Positions 45,349 to 59,404 of a DNA stretch of 64,000 bases are shown here, in pieces. Source of the DNA: the human T2T-CHM13v2.0 reference genome, Homo sapiens. The notes below the pieces were generated by a model that saw only the letters and a list, made by a program, of their open reading frames with translations, had not been told where the DNA came from and did not search any database. The translations under genes were made by a program, and so were the position numbers. The DNA is taken from NCBI RefSeq assembly GCF_009914755.1, contig NC_060945.1; one strand, given 5' to 3'. Numbering within the stretch: the stretch's first letter is position 1; every line of letters starts with the position of its first letter.

Positions 45349-47808
45349 ATGTCAACAAAGCCTGCAGATTCAACTATGGGTAAGATTGATAAGAAAAAGA
45401 GGAAGCATTTATGTTTATCTGTAGCACACAAAGTCAAGCTGTTGAAGAAACTGGACACCAGTGTAAGCGTGAAACATCTTACAGAAGAACATGGTGTTGG
45501 AATGACCACCATACACAAACTGAAGAAACAGAAAGATGAACCATTGAAGTTCTATGCTGATAGTAATGAACACAAATTAATGAAAAATAAAAAAAAACTG
45601 AATAAAGCTAAAAATTAATATCTTGATCATGTGTTGAAAGAGTGATCCATCAACACTGCAGTGAACACATGCCACTTAATGGTATACTGATCATGAAACA
45701 AGCAAAGTTCTATCATGGTGAACTGAAATTTGGAAGGAATTAAAAATACATGCAACAAGCTGGCTGCAGAAATTTAAGAAAAGACACAGCATTAAATTGT
45801 TAAAGATTTGTGGTGATAAAGCATCTGCCAATTATGAAGCAGCAGGGAAATTTATTAACTGATGAGTTTGCCAAAGTCATCACTGATGAAAATCTGGCAC
45901 CAGAACAAGTGCTGATAAAACATCAATGCTTGGGCGTTATTGGTCCAAAAAGACACTTGCTACAGCTGACGAGACAGCCCCTCCAGGAATTAAGGATGCC
46001 AAGGACAGAATAACTGTGCTGGGATGTGCTAATGCAGCAGGCATGCATAAGTGTAAACTCTGCTTAGACAAAAGCTTGCATCCTCTCTGTTTTCAAGGAG
46101 TGAATTTCTTACCGGTCTATTATTATGCTAATAAGGAGTCATGGATCACCAATGACATCTTTTCTGATTAGCTTCACAAACATTTTGTTACAGCACCTCC
46201 TGCTGATTGCAGGGAAGCTGGATGGATAATGACTAAATGGCAAGAATGTGTTATTCCTTCACAACTATTTGGCTGATCCTCCAGCTGAAATTCCCATAAA
46301 AAATAATGTCTATACCATGTACTTTTTCCCAAATATGACTTCATTAATTCAGCCAATGTGACCAGATCACATTACATAAAAAAGATTACATATAAAAACA
46401 CTTTCTTGAGCAGCAGGCTAACAGCAGTGAACAGACACTTGGGTATGGAAGGTTTTCAAGAGAAAGTTAGCATGAAAAATGCCATATATATGCTGTTGCC
46501 AATCCTTGGAACACAGTGACTACAGACACAGTTGTTGCATGCCTGGCACAACTTCTGGCCTGTGAGTATGTTCAGTGATAATGATGAACAAGGTGGTGAC
46601 TTTGAAGAATTTTGCACGTCAAGTGAGAAAAAAAAATGATGCATGACGTCCTTACATATGCAAATAATATATTTTCAGAGTCCATCAGTAAGTTGAACAA
46701 ACTGCGTATCTAATAAGATTTTATTAACTCTTATTTTAAGTTCGGGGTACATGTGCAGATTGTTTATACAGGTAAACTCACATCATGGGAGTTTGTTGTA
46801 CAGATTTTTTCATCACCCAGGTACTAAGCCTAGTACCCAATAATTATTTTTTCTGATCCTCTCCCTTTTCCCACCCTCCACCCTCTGGTAGGCTCCAGTG
46901 TCTGTTGTTCCCCTATATTTGCCCATGAGTTCTCATCATCTAGCTCCTACTTATAAATGAGGACATGGTGTATTTGGTTTTCTGTTCCTGAGTTCGTTTT
47001 CTAAGGCTAATGACCTCCAGCTCCATCCATGTTCCTGCAAAGGTAATTGTCTCGTTCTTGTTTACAGCTGCATAATGTTGCATGGTGTGTATGTATCACA
47101 TTTTCTTTATCCAGTCTACTATTGATGGGTTTTTAGGTTGATTCTATGTCTTTGCTATTGTGAATAGTGCTGCAAGGAACATACGCATGCATGTAATTTT
47201 ATGATAGAACAATTATATTCTTGTGGGTATATACCCAGTAATAGGATCGCTGGGTTGAACGGTAGTTCTGTTTTTAGGTCTTTGAAGAATCGCCACACTG
47301 TTTTCCACAAAGGCTGAACTAATTTACACTCCCACCAACAGTGTATAAATGTTCCTTTTTCTCCACAACCTCACCAGCACCTGTTATTTTTTGACTTTTT
47401 AGTAATAGCTATTCTTACTGGTGTGACATGTTATTGCATTGTAATTTTGATTTGCATTTCTCTCATGATCAGCGATGTTGAGGTTTTACACATCAATAGT
47501 GAGGCAGTAGTTGTGCAGTCATTGACCAATGGAGCCAAAAAGGTTCTGAATCAAGATGATCTTGATGAGAGTGATGATAAAGATGATGTCATTAACACGG
47601 CAGAAAAACTGCCTGTAGACAATACGTGAAAATGTGTGATGGGCTTATTGAAGGACTAAAACAGCATGTATTTATAACAGAACAAGAAATCATGTCAGTT
47701 TATAAAATTAAAGAGAGGCTTCTAAGACAAAAATCATTCTTAAGGAGGCAGACGACTCTGGAGGAAACATTTTTAAAAGCCATCCGGCAGAATGCCTCTT
47801 ATCCCTAG
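45349..47808 (+). pseudogene. Tigger4 transposase remnant (CENP-B/Jerky-like HTH + DDE)
   Basis: MSTKPADSTMGKIDKKKRKHLCLSVAHKVKLL...GVGMTTIHKLKKQK (psq-type HTH); KDRITVLGCANAAG; PNMTSLIQP; C-terminal CDGLIEGLKQHVFITEQEIMSVYKIKERLLRQK; stops, frameshifts and an L1 insertion. Confidence 0.88.
46719..47482 (-). mobile_element. L1PA13-like 3' end inserted in Tigger4
   Basis: GGGGTACATGTGCAGA...CATCACCCAGGTACTAAGCCTAGTACCCAAT; near-TSD AGATTTTA/AGGTTTTA. Confidence 0.85.
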
Positions 47809-48217
47809 GGGACTCATTTCCTGGTCTTTCAAATGCTTCTGATGTTTCTTCTCACATAAAAATATAAAATACAGCATACAATAAGCTTTTAATCAAAACA
47901 CGGCATCAGAGGAGGAGACTGAAAGCTTACTGTTGTTGCTGCTGTTGTTGCTGTTGTTTAACAGCTGATCCAGCTATTCTTGGGTTTGATTTTACTGCAC
48001 AAAGGACATGTCGTATTTTTTATTGTTAAGTACTTACATGAATAAGTGTAAGAAAATGATTATTGATCAGTAGCATTTAAATTCAGAGTCAGGAATTATG
48101 GTGATGCCAAACAACCACAGATTATCCACAAAGGTGGACATAGTGGCACCTTTGCTTTCTGATGATTCCATGTAAACAAACTTTGTTTCATGTAAAAAAA
48201 TTATTAAAAATATTATA

Positions 48218-48380
48218 TTAGCCAGGTGTAGTGGCACATGCTTATAATCCCAGCTACTTAGGAGGCTGAGACAGGAGAATTGCTTGAACCCGGGAGGTGG
48301 AGGTTGCAGTGAGCCAAGATTTGTGCCATTGCACTCCAGCCTAGGTGACAGAGCAAGACTTTGTCTCAAAAAAAATACAT
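48218..48380 (+). mobile_element. AluS right monomer only (5'-truncated)
   Basis: TTAGCCAGGTGTAGTGG...GTCTCAAAAAAAA; TSD ATTATATTA at 48212-48220 and 48383-48391. Confidence 0.9.
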
Positions 48381-50194
48381 ACATTATATTAAATTACTTT
48401 CAGGCTATTTGTATAAGGTGCATATAAACATAAATAAATTTTAGGTTTAGACTTGGATCTCATCTCCAAGGTATCTCATTATGTGCATGCAAATATTCTA
48501 AAACCAAAAAATCTGAAATCTCAAACATTTCTGGTCCCAAGCACTTCAGATAAGATACTCAACCTGTATACGTGGATTAGTATGTACACCTATATTTTCT
48601 TGCTCTGATAGTTGAAAGAAGTAACAACATCACATGAGCAATGAGTAGACCCAGATCCCAGGTCTTGGTTTCTAATACTGTTCTTCAATACAAACAAACA
48701 TCACTCTTCAGAGAAATGGCTGATTCCAGGGCTAGGGTCAAAATATACAAGATGATCCTGGAGCACTTTGTAGTGCCACTAAGTAAGGAAGTACTCAAAA
48801 AAATTCATGATAATGAATGTATGTCAAAGAAACACAGGAGCTAAGCGAAAAAGCTCCCAATGGCCAAAGCTGGAACAGTTTGTGCAAAATAAAAAACAGT
48901 AGTATTGGGTTATAACCCAAGTATAAAATAAATACTCATGAGTCCATTTAGATGTAAATAAATGGCTACATACGTAAATAAATGAAGAGAATAGACAAAT
49001 CTCTCTTGCAGAAGAATTCCAAATATTTTATGTACTCTACCCTCATCGAGGTAGAGCATCATTCATAGTGACTTCCTTCCAAAAAAGACAGTTTGGAAAA
49101 GAGCTGGGGTAGAGCAACTTTCAACAGCAAAATTTGACAAACACTACTTCAGCTACCTGATCAAGGTTAACATCAACAGCGATAAGTGACATTGATAGCA
49201 TTTACCCTGACATGATGTGATGAGAATGGCATTTTACCTCTGTGATCTTGCTCTCAAATACCCAAAACCTCTGTTTAATTGTGAGAAAAACATAATATAA
49301 ACCCAAATTGAGGGACATTTTACAAAATATCTGATCAGTACTCAAAACTGTCAAGGTAATAAAAAGTAAGAAAACTCTAAGAAACTATCCTAGCCAAGAG
49401 AAGACTGAGCAGACATGAGGACAAAACTTAACGTGATATCATGTATGAAATTCAGAGATAGAGAAAGGATAACAGGGAAAGACTAACGGAATCAAAATAA
49501 AATGTGGAATTTAATTAATAATAATGTACTCATATTAGTTCATTAATTGTGACAAATGTACCAAACTAATGTAGGAGATTAACAATAAGGGAAACTGAGT
49601 GCATGTTATATGGAAATTATGTGTACTATCTTCACAATGTTTCTGTACACTTAAACTATTTAAAATAAAAAATTAATTTTTATAAAAGCAGTCTGACTGC
49701 AGGGTGCATGCTCTTAAACCTAGGCAATACTGCCTTTTTTATATATGAAATTCCTATTTGACTAGCTATTATCTACTTCCCCAACAGTAGGGGGTAGTTG
49801 TAACTTTCATTATAATTTCAAAACTAATTTTCTCCCAAAGATGATTAATTTTAAGTGATAATAAACATCAAATTTTTAAATCTAAATCTCTTTTTCCTTT
49901 GTAGACAGCACTTAGTTGTTTTTGTGTCATTGAATACTAAACCTAAACTCTCAATTTGTGCTAGAATGAAGTTTGTTGTCCTGTATAGCAAAGAGCCATT
50001 CAGCATTTACCAGGGCTATTAAACCATATTGCTGCATCGTTCACAATAGTTGAAATTGTTAGATCACTTTCCTACTGTTTGATTCCAGGCTTTAACAAGT
50101 ATTTATTGGCACCGAAGCAGAATATGAAGTTGGAATGATCAATTATTTCCATTATATTATACACAATATATTTTTAAAAGCTATAGCAGTTATT

Positions 50195-51217
<1,023 letters not shown>

Positions 51218-51228
51218 TATTTTATTTT

Positions 51229-51489
51229 TTTTGAGATAGAGTCTCACTCTGTTGCCCAGGCTGGAGTGCAGTGGTGCGATCTCAGCTCACTGCAAGCTCT
51301 GCCTCAGCCTCCCGAGTAGCTGGGACTACAGGCGCCCGCCACCACACCTGGCTAATTTTTTTGTATTTTTAGTAGAGACAGGGTTTCATGGTGTTAGCCA
51401 GGATGGTCTCAATCTCCTGACCTTGTGATCCACCCCACCTCAGCCTCCCAAAGTGCTGGGATTACAGGTGTAAGCCACCACGCCCAACC
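51229..51489 (-). mobile_element. AluY with small internal deletion
   Basis: Missing segment between the two GCCTC motifs of the right arm; outer TSD CAAACAGTTCTTATT at 50922-50936 and 51490-51504. Confidence 0.9.
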
Positions 51490-52299
51490 CAAACAGTTCT
51501 TATTATTATATTTTTTTCAAAATCTTCTTAGCCTAAATTAGGCAAATCTTTCTCATAAATTTTCTGATCTTCTCAGTATTACAACAAATAACACATACAC
51601 TAAATCCCTACATTTTGTTCTAAATTATAAGTGATGTAATAAATCTCTCCCTGAATCTGACTATGATATGTATTGTTACATATGAATAATTCTATAATCC
51701 AGGATATACAGTGAAAGAGCTCCCAGTAATTACCAAGTCAGAGAAGGTTTAATTCAGAATATTCACATTATCATAATTTGCTGCAACTCAAGCAAATCTT
51801 GATTTATTTTTCTTTTGAGAAAACTACAAATGGAATTACCAATGGAATTTTGTGTTTTGCTTAATCTAGTAACCATAGCTAGAGTCTGTAAAAGATAATT
51901 TAAATTCAGTCTTGGCAGATGGAAGATACGCTAATTTTAATTCAAGATATTTCAAGAAATCATTATATATTACTGGGAATTTTAAAAGAAGTGTCTCGAT
52001 GGACAGTGTGCTCCATACCGAAAATGGGAAAATACTCCTGGAAGTTAATAGGTCCCATAGCTTTCAGTAATAATACATAATTAGAATTAAGTGCCACAAA
52101 TATACACATTATTTTTTAAAGATACATAATTTAGAAAGAATTTTCTTAGCTTTTTTTAATTCAGATCCCAGCCCTCTATTAAACTAGCCTATTTTGATTC
52201 CTACTCTTTCAGTCACTTTGGGAAATCAATGACCAGAGCATTCTGCTCTGATGAAAGAAACAGACATGCTAAATATATTAATTACTTCAACACAATAAG

Positions 52300-54390
52300 A
52301 TATGATAGGCAAAAGGGAACAAGAATGTAAATGAAAAAGTCTGGCAAAAGCACCACAGAAAATTTAATATTTGAGCTAAGTCTTGAAGGATAAATAGCAC
52401 ATCAACAGGTGAAAAATAAAAAGAATGACATTTTAGACACAGGGAATTGCCTGAACAAGCCAGCCCATAGCTTACTCTTGGAACTGTCAGGCATCTGTTA
52501 AGGAGAGAGGTGGGTGAGAACAAGAAAAGAGACAACACTGGAAGGTGAGTGAGCACCATTGTAGAAAGTCTTATAAATCATGCTAAATACTTTCTACTGT
52601 ATTCAGTAGACAAGGAGTAATTAATAGAATTTTTAAGTGATTCAGGGAAGTGATCAAATTCTTTTTCTGGTAGTTTTGAGGGAAGACTTGAGAAACAGCA
52701 GACACTGGACCCAGTTAGGTTTCTGTCATGATGCTATATGGAATACATCATTAACTAGGCAGTACCAGTTTGGAAATGGAGAAGAAAATCCTGATGAGAA
52801 AGACATTTGAGACAAGGAATCAAAAGGACATTTGCCAGTCATGCACCAAGGACACTTATCAGAAAGAAGAGAAGTACTTTTAGGATGAGAGACCTGATAA
52901 GGATTTTAGGCTGATGGGAAACAGTCATAAGAGATGAATTTTAGAAGTTTCTAAGAGAAGGGAGATGGGATGAGGTTTTTTTAAAGGTGAAATTGCAAAT
53001 CCTATGTAGAAATAAGTATAGATATTTCCTAGAGACAAGAAGGAAGTATGAGTTCAGATAAAGATAATTTGATGTTAAGGATGGAAGAAACTTGAACAGA
53101 AATCGTCATTTTTGCCATTGGGATAGGAGCAACAAAAGAAGCATGAACTTAAACAGAGAAGTGAAAGCTGAAAAGTTACACTGAGGAAGGGAAAAGAAAG
53201 AAGACTTGGAACTGAGGAGCCTAAAAAAGATCAGGATCATGTATGAGATGAATGCTAACTCACAGGTGTGCACAAAAGTGTTCACTCAACAGGCCTGGGT
53301 TGCTCAAACTGAACACTTCCAAGAAAATCCTGTCTTCAGGATTGGCCCTGGAAGACGAGCTCTGAGCCTTTGAAAGTTTCTGCCTGATAAGAGTCCTTTG
53401 TATGCCTGAGGCCTTGGGCCATGCAGCACTAGTTTGATCATAACGTTTATGGTGACAATATGATCTACCGTGAATGATTTTTCTAAGGTTGCATATGAAT
53501 GACATGTTTTGCTTTGAGGTGCTGGAGTAGGAGCAGCTGAGGTCAGTCAGACAGTCATTGCATGTCTTTGTGATAAATCTCCAAAAATAACCCTCGATAC
53601 CATGATTCAAATGAGCTTATCTGGTTGGCAACACATCACATATGTTGCCACACATCCTTGGAAGAATTAAGCACAACCATGCAACTCCCCTGTGAAGGAC
53701 ACCTGCAAGCTGATGCCTGGTTTCTCCAGGATTTTGCCTCATGCACCTTTTCTCTTAGCTTATTTTAATGTGTATCCTTTTACTGTAAGAAACCACAGCC
53801 ATGAGTTAGTGAGTTTTCTGAATCCTGCAAGTCCGCAAGTCCTTCTAGTAAATTATTGAGCCTGAGGGTGATCCTAGGGATTCCTGGGAATTCTATAGAA
53901 TTACCCATTCCCCAACTCCAAGTCAAAAACAGTGAGTAGAGGTTGACTGAAAGTTTTTCTCAATCGCAGGACAGTAAGTGAAAAGAGTTGCAGACACTGA
54001 AGACAGAGTTACAGAAAAAAATGCCACAGAATCCAGCCTGAGTAAGCATTAACATGAAGTCAAGATGGAACAGCTGGATGAAAGAAGAGTAGTCCCTGTA
54101 GTTACTGATAAGGTCAGAAAGAAGAATAGTGGCAGTAAAGGATTGAAGGTAGTGAGGACATGATGTTGGAGTACAGCACTTCAGAAATGATGGGTAAAGT
54201 TGCAAAGAATCCTAAAGTTTAGTCTGCACTATGGAGCTAGTAAACTGATTGACAGTGAAGGTAAAAGCAAATATAGTTGAGAGGATTCAGAAGCTATGAT
54301 GCTAATGTGGTCCAGGGTAATGCACATGCAAGCAAATAGAGGAAAACAGTGAAATAAATGAATATCAACGTTCTTGATGGTGAAGTAGTG
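52300..54390 (-). mobile_element. L2 fragments (interrupted by MER77-like LTR)
   Basis: ATTTGAGCTAAGTCTTGAAGGATAAATAG and other purine-rich L2 antisense text. Confidence 0.5.
53267..53890 (+). mobile_element. MER77-like ERVL LTR
   Basis: TGTGCACAAAAGTGTTCACTCAACAGGCCTGGGTTG start; CTGCCTGATAAGAGT; AGTCCTTCTAGTAAATTATTGAGCCTGAGGGTG end. Confidence 0.65.
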
Positions 54391-54391
54391 T

Positions 54392-56095
54392 TGTATTAGT
54401 CCGTTTTCATGCTGCTGATAAAGACATCCTTGAGACTGTGTAATTTATTAAGAAAAAGAAGTTTAATGGATTCACAGTTCCATATGGCTGGGGAGGCCTC
54501 ACAATCATGGCGAAGGCAAAAGGCATGTCTTACATGGAGGCAGACAAGAGAGAGAATGAGAACCAAGTGAAAGGGATTTCCTCTCATAAAACCATCAGAT
54601 CTTGTGAGACTTAATCACTACCATGAGAATAGTATGGGGAAAATCACCTCCATGATTCAATTATCTCCCACCAGGTCCCTCCCACAACTCATGGGAATAA
54701 TGGGAGCTACAACTCAAAATGACATTTGGGTGGGGACTCAGAGCCAAACCATTTCATTCTGCCCATAGCCCCTCCCAAATCTCAAGTCCTTACATTTCAA
54801 AACCAATCATGTCTTCCCAACAGTCCACCAAAGTCTTAACTAATTTCAGCATTAACTCAAAAGTCCACAGCCCAAAGTCTGATGTGAGACAAGGCACACC
54901 CCTTCCACCTATGAGCCGGTAAAATTAAAAGCAAGTTAGTTACTTCCTAGATACAATGGGGGTACAGGCATTGGATAAATACACCCATTCCAAATGAAAG
55001 AAATTGGCCAAAACAAAGGGGCTACAGAGACAGTGAAATCCAAAATCTAGCAAAGCAGTCAAATGTTAAAGCTCCAAAAGTATCTCCTTTGACTCCGTGT
55101 CTCACATCTAGGTCATGCTGATACAAGAGGTGGGTTCCCATGATCTTGGGCAGCTCCACCACTGTGGCTTTGCAGTGTACAGCTTCTCCCCAGCTGCTTT
55201 CACAGACTGACATTGAGTGTCTGTGACTTTTCCAGGTGCACAGTGCAAGCTGCAGGTGGATCTACCATTCTGGGATCTGGAGGACAATGGCCCTCTTTTC
55301 ACAGCTTCATTAGGCCCCAGTGGGGACTCTGTGTGGGGGCTTTAACCACACATTTCCCTTTGGCACTGCCATAGCAGAGATTCTTCATGAGGGCTCCGCC
55401 CCTGCAGCAAACTTCTGCATGGACATCCAACTGCTTCTATACATCCTCTGAAATCTAGGCAGAGGTTCCCAAACCTCAATTCTTGACTTCTGTGCACCTG
55501 CAGGCTCAACACCACGTGGAAGTTGCCAAGGCTTGGGGCTTGCACCCTCTAAAGTCACAGCCTGAGCTGTACCTTGGCCCCTTTTGGCCATGGCTAGAGT
55601 GGCTGGGACACAGGGCACAAAGTCCCTAGGCTGCACACAGCAGGGGCACCCTGGGCCCGGCCCATGAAACCTTTTTTTCTTCCAAGCCCCTGGGCCTGTG
55701 ATGATAAGGGCTGTCTCAAAAGTCTCTGACATGCCCTGGAGACATTTCTCCCACTGTCCTGGTGATTAACATTTGGCTTCTTGTAACTTATGCAAATGTC
55801 TGCAACTAGATTGAATTTCTCCTCAGAAAATGGGTTTTTCTTTTCTATCTCATTGTCAGGCTGCAAATTTTCTGAACTTTTATGCTCTGCTTCTCTTTTA
55901 AAACTGAATACTTTTAACAGCACCCAAGTCACCTCTTGGATGTTTTGCTGCTTAGAAATTTCTTCCGCCAGATACCCTAAATCATTTCTCTCAAGTTTAA
56001 AGTTCCACAAAACTCTAGGGCAGGGGCAAAATGCCACCAGTCTCTTTGCTAAAACATAGCAAGAGTCACCTTTATTCCAGTTTCCAATAAGTTCC
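54392..56095 (-). mobile_element. THE1B-like LTR (54392-54756) plus THE1 internal region; second LTR absent
   Basis: TGTATTAGTCCGTTTTCATGCTGCTGATAAAGACAT...GAGCCAAACCATTTCA followed by THE1-int; MaLR ORF remnant ELIGNWNKGDSCYVLAKRLVAFCPCPR (55594-56097, -). Confidence 0.92.
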
Positions 56096-56099
56096 AAAA

Positions 56100-56774
56100 C
56101 TGTACTCCTCCATAATAATAAATCTCAGTTAATGGTTACTTCATTCTTCTGGCTGCTTAAGCCAAAAACCTTGGAGTTATCCTTTACTCAGGTTTTTCTC
56201 AAACCAAATATTCAATCTTCTAACATATTATGTCAACTCTGGTTCAAAATACCTTCAGCTGCAACCATTGCTCACTACTTCCAAGCCACCGGTATCGTGT
56301 GCCTGGTTCTTTTCCTCATCCTCATGCTCCATCCCAGCATATTCTACTCAGCAGCAAGAGGGATCCTGGTAAAACACCATCAGGTCATGTCATTTATCTC
56401 CCAGCACTACCATCTCACTGGGCGCAAACCTCCAAATCTGCCAGTGGCTTTCAATGACCTGCATTTACTAAGCCAGTAGCATCCTCACTGCACTTCCCCT
56501 CACCCCCTGTTCCCCAGCCTTACTGGCCTCTTTGGTGCTCCCTGGCTTTCTACACCTACTGATCTCTCTTCTTGGAACATTAGTCTCCCAGATAAGCATG
56601 TTTCTCTCCTTCAGCTTCTTAGAGTTTTTGCTCAAATGTAATCCTCCAGTCGAGACTTTCTCTACTAACACTTTTTACTATTTACAATCGCACTACACCC
56701 ACTTCACCGCCTGGCAATTCCTATCTCCTCCCTTGGTTTTAGTTTTTTTCTCCCTAGCATTAGTCACCTTCTGA

Positions 56775-56811
<37 letters not shown>

Positions 56812-56985
56812 GTAATTTATTCATTTAGGATTGCTCTTTCTTTCTAGTATGTAAGCCCCAAGGAGCAAGGAGATTTTCCATTCACTACTGTTTTTCTAGT
56901 TCCAAGAACTGAAGCTAGCACAGACTATTAAGTACTCAACACAGACTGTATTTGTTGAATGAATGAGTGAATGAATGAATGGATG
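56100..56985 (+). mobile_element. L2a-like 3' region with (CT)n
   Basis: GCCAAAAACCTTGGAGTTATCCTT ... TATTTGTTGAATGAATGAGTGAATGAATGAATG terminus; (CT)n ~56777-56806. Confidence 0.7.
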
Positions 56986-57629
56986 TCTGAAAAGCAATGG
57001 AAAGTGTTACATAACATCATTTTGTAATCAGCAGACTCACCATTAAACCCAGCCCTTGGACACATCCTGTTATAACCTTGTCTGGAAGCAGCAAGTGTGA
57101 GGACTGAGAAACAGCTGCCCAATAGAGCACTGTCCTCCCAGTGAATTATGCAATGCTTCAACCATTTAATTCATTGTACATTGTCATCAGATAATGGCTT
57201 GTACAAGCCTAATTTCCTCAGGGGGAAGAATTTAGGCTTCCTAAACAAGAAAAACCTTTAATTATCTATTCATTTAACTATTTAGGAAAAAAGGACTATT
57301 TCTGCATTTTTTTTCTTCTTGGAAAACTGGGCTTCGTTGGTTGTCTTTGATAACTTAAATATATGGACTGTGTTTTTTAAATTACTTTATTGTATTCATT
57401 TTTACATGTATTTATGGAGCACCTACAATGTGCTTATTTATTTATTTAGTCATAAAAATGGTTATTAAATATCTGATATGTGCCAAGGGATGTGCTACTC
57501 AGTAAAACTGACATACTTATTTTACTGGGTTTCAATGTTCATTACAATAAAAAATATATTTAATAAATAAATAAATAACTGGGACTTTAGAATTGTTGTA
57601 TTCTACATTTTGTGCATATTAATCCTGGA

Positions 57630-58463
57630 AGTGAACAATGGTTCACCACATGCCATTCAAAGACTATGCCTCCAGAAATCCACTAGGACATCTCTGATGC
57701 TCCCATGCTGTCTTCACTATGAATGCACAATTGTAACTGCAGCCTGAAAAGTGCATAGAAATCACAAGCTATATAGCCTTCAGGAAAGAAGGTCTAGGTC
57801 ACAGTATGAAGATCTGTGTCACATTAGAAGGCAAGACTCCTGAGCCAATAGAGGGTAAAAGGAATCTTGCATGTGCAGTGGAAATGATAGATAACAGTTT
57901 TAGCATTGGGACCAACCTTGGGGGCAGGAATGATTAGAGCTTATCTCACTAACCCTCCAGCCACCATATTGAGGTAGCCACAGCTGGAGGGAATGAACTT
58001 CATGCAGTGCATCTGAGCAATCAACAAGAGGAGTAGCCTGCTAAAGACACCCAGTGCTTCTCCTAGACCTCCTTGTATCCCTTTTGCCATTTCTGTACTT
58101 TGCTGCCTATTTTCTTCCAATGGCCAGCACCTGACACTCGTCTTAGGACAACTGCCCTCAAGGGTCCCTGAAGACCACTTGCCTGCAGCCATCATGGAAA
58201 TCCACGATGGTGAATTCTCATCTCAAGGAGGAAAGCCCAGCTCCTTGGCCTCCAGTGGGGACACACTGAGGCTTAACCCACACACCAGAGTACCCTTGCA
58301 GAATCAGGCTGACACTATCCTCAACAACTCATTAGCTTCATCCCCATCCCTGCCCTGCTTCTTCAGCCTTCTTATAAATTTCTCTTGGGAAAATTTCCCT
58401 AATAAATCATTTGCCACTAATACTAATCTCAAAGATCACTTCTGGAGAACCCAATCTAGGTCA
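57630..58463 (+). mobile_element. ERVL internal 3' remnant plus LTR16A-like LTR
   Basis: CCTTCAGGAAAGAAGGTCTAGGTCAC (ERVL integrase end); AAGCCCAGCTCCTTGGCCTC...CCCTAATAAATCATTTG...TTCTGGAGAACCCAA. Confidence 0.6.
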
Positions 58464-58601
58464 CCCTCTTAGTCTCATTTTCAGGCATTGCCCATAGAGC
58501 CCCCCTTTTCTTATTCTATGGTGACATTGTGAATTCATAGGCAATCCCTTAGTGACATTTAGCAAGTGACAATATTGCTTTCCAGGAGGCAGCCCATAGA
58601 G

Positions 58602-58706
58602 TTTAACTCTTCCACAATATTATTTTACTGAGGATATATATAGATAGATAGATACAAACTCACTCTACAGAGACTTTAACTCTTCCACAGTATTATTTTA
58701 CTGAGG

Positions 58707-58768
<62 letters not shown>
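58602..58768. repeat. 40-bp direct duplication followed by (TG)27
   Basis: TTTAACTCTTCCACA(A/G)TATTATTTTACTGAGGATATATAT at 58602 and 58675; (TG)27 at 58714-58767. Confidence 0.92.
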
Positions 58769-58771
<3 letters not shown>

Positions 58772-59404
58772 AGGTTACAAGGGGAAAGTAACATAAAACC
58801 TTTGAATGCTCTAGAATACTGTTTTTGCATTTCCTTCTTAATTCTTATATGACTACAACCCCAAGAAGGTTTTCTTTTCCTGGGTTGTTTTCTGAAGGAG
58901 CTCATCCTGCTACAACATCACTCCCACAATGTGTTTAGTTTCGGCAGCTCAGTTGGAGTCTGCCTTGCAATAAATGAACTTTCACTCTCAGCTCATATAT
59001 GGGGTGACAGCAGTGTTGTCTTCAATTGTCTTTATGACAGGGCTCTGGTTCCTACCTGGTTGATTCCAGAGTGCATGTCTACCCAGAAGTTGGTGGCGAG
59101 CCATGCAGGTGGCCTGCCTGAACTCTTGAATGCAGCAAGCTCTGCGTACTCATCTGGTCCAGGCAGGCCAACTGCTATAGGGAGAGGTGAACACAGTCCT
59201 TAGAATTAAAGGATTCTGTGGCTGGAAGATCTTGCAAGTCATCCTGGTTCAATCTCTACTTTCTGATGAGAAAATTGAGGCTCCTCATTGTCACACAATG
59301 TTTTGGTGCAAGATCTGAGATCAGAATCGGTGTTTAGACCCTCAGTCTACCCTGCTTCATATAGAACTGGATTTTGTCTTTTTCCTTTAAAAGAGGGCCT
59401 TTAA

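Larger units (their letters stand above)
44937..48566 (+). mobile_element. Full-length Tigger4 (Zombi) pogo-family DNA transposon
   Basis: Termini TAGGTTGATCAT / ATACTCAACCTG flanked by TA (44935-36, 48567-68); ~2.7 kb after removing the L1 and Alu inserts; transposase remnant inside. Confidence 0.88.
44170..49685 (+). mobile_element. L1MC3-like 3' region split by Tigger4
   Basis: CTAAGTGAAA..CCAGTCTGAAAAG..TACATACT before the Tigger; GATGTGATGAGAATGGCATTTTACCTCTGTG...CCCAAATTGAGGGACATT...GGAAACTG..TG after it. Confidence 0.7.

Noticed and set aside
55594-56097. 167-aa ORF as a host gene
   Set aside because: It is the known MaLR/THE1 internal ORF remnant, truncated at the junction
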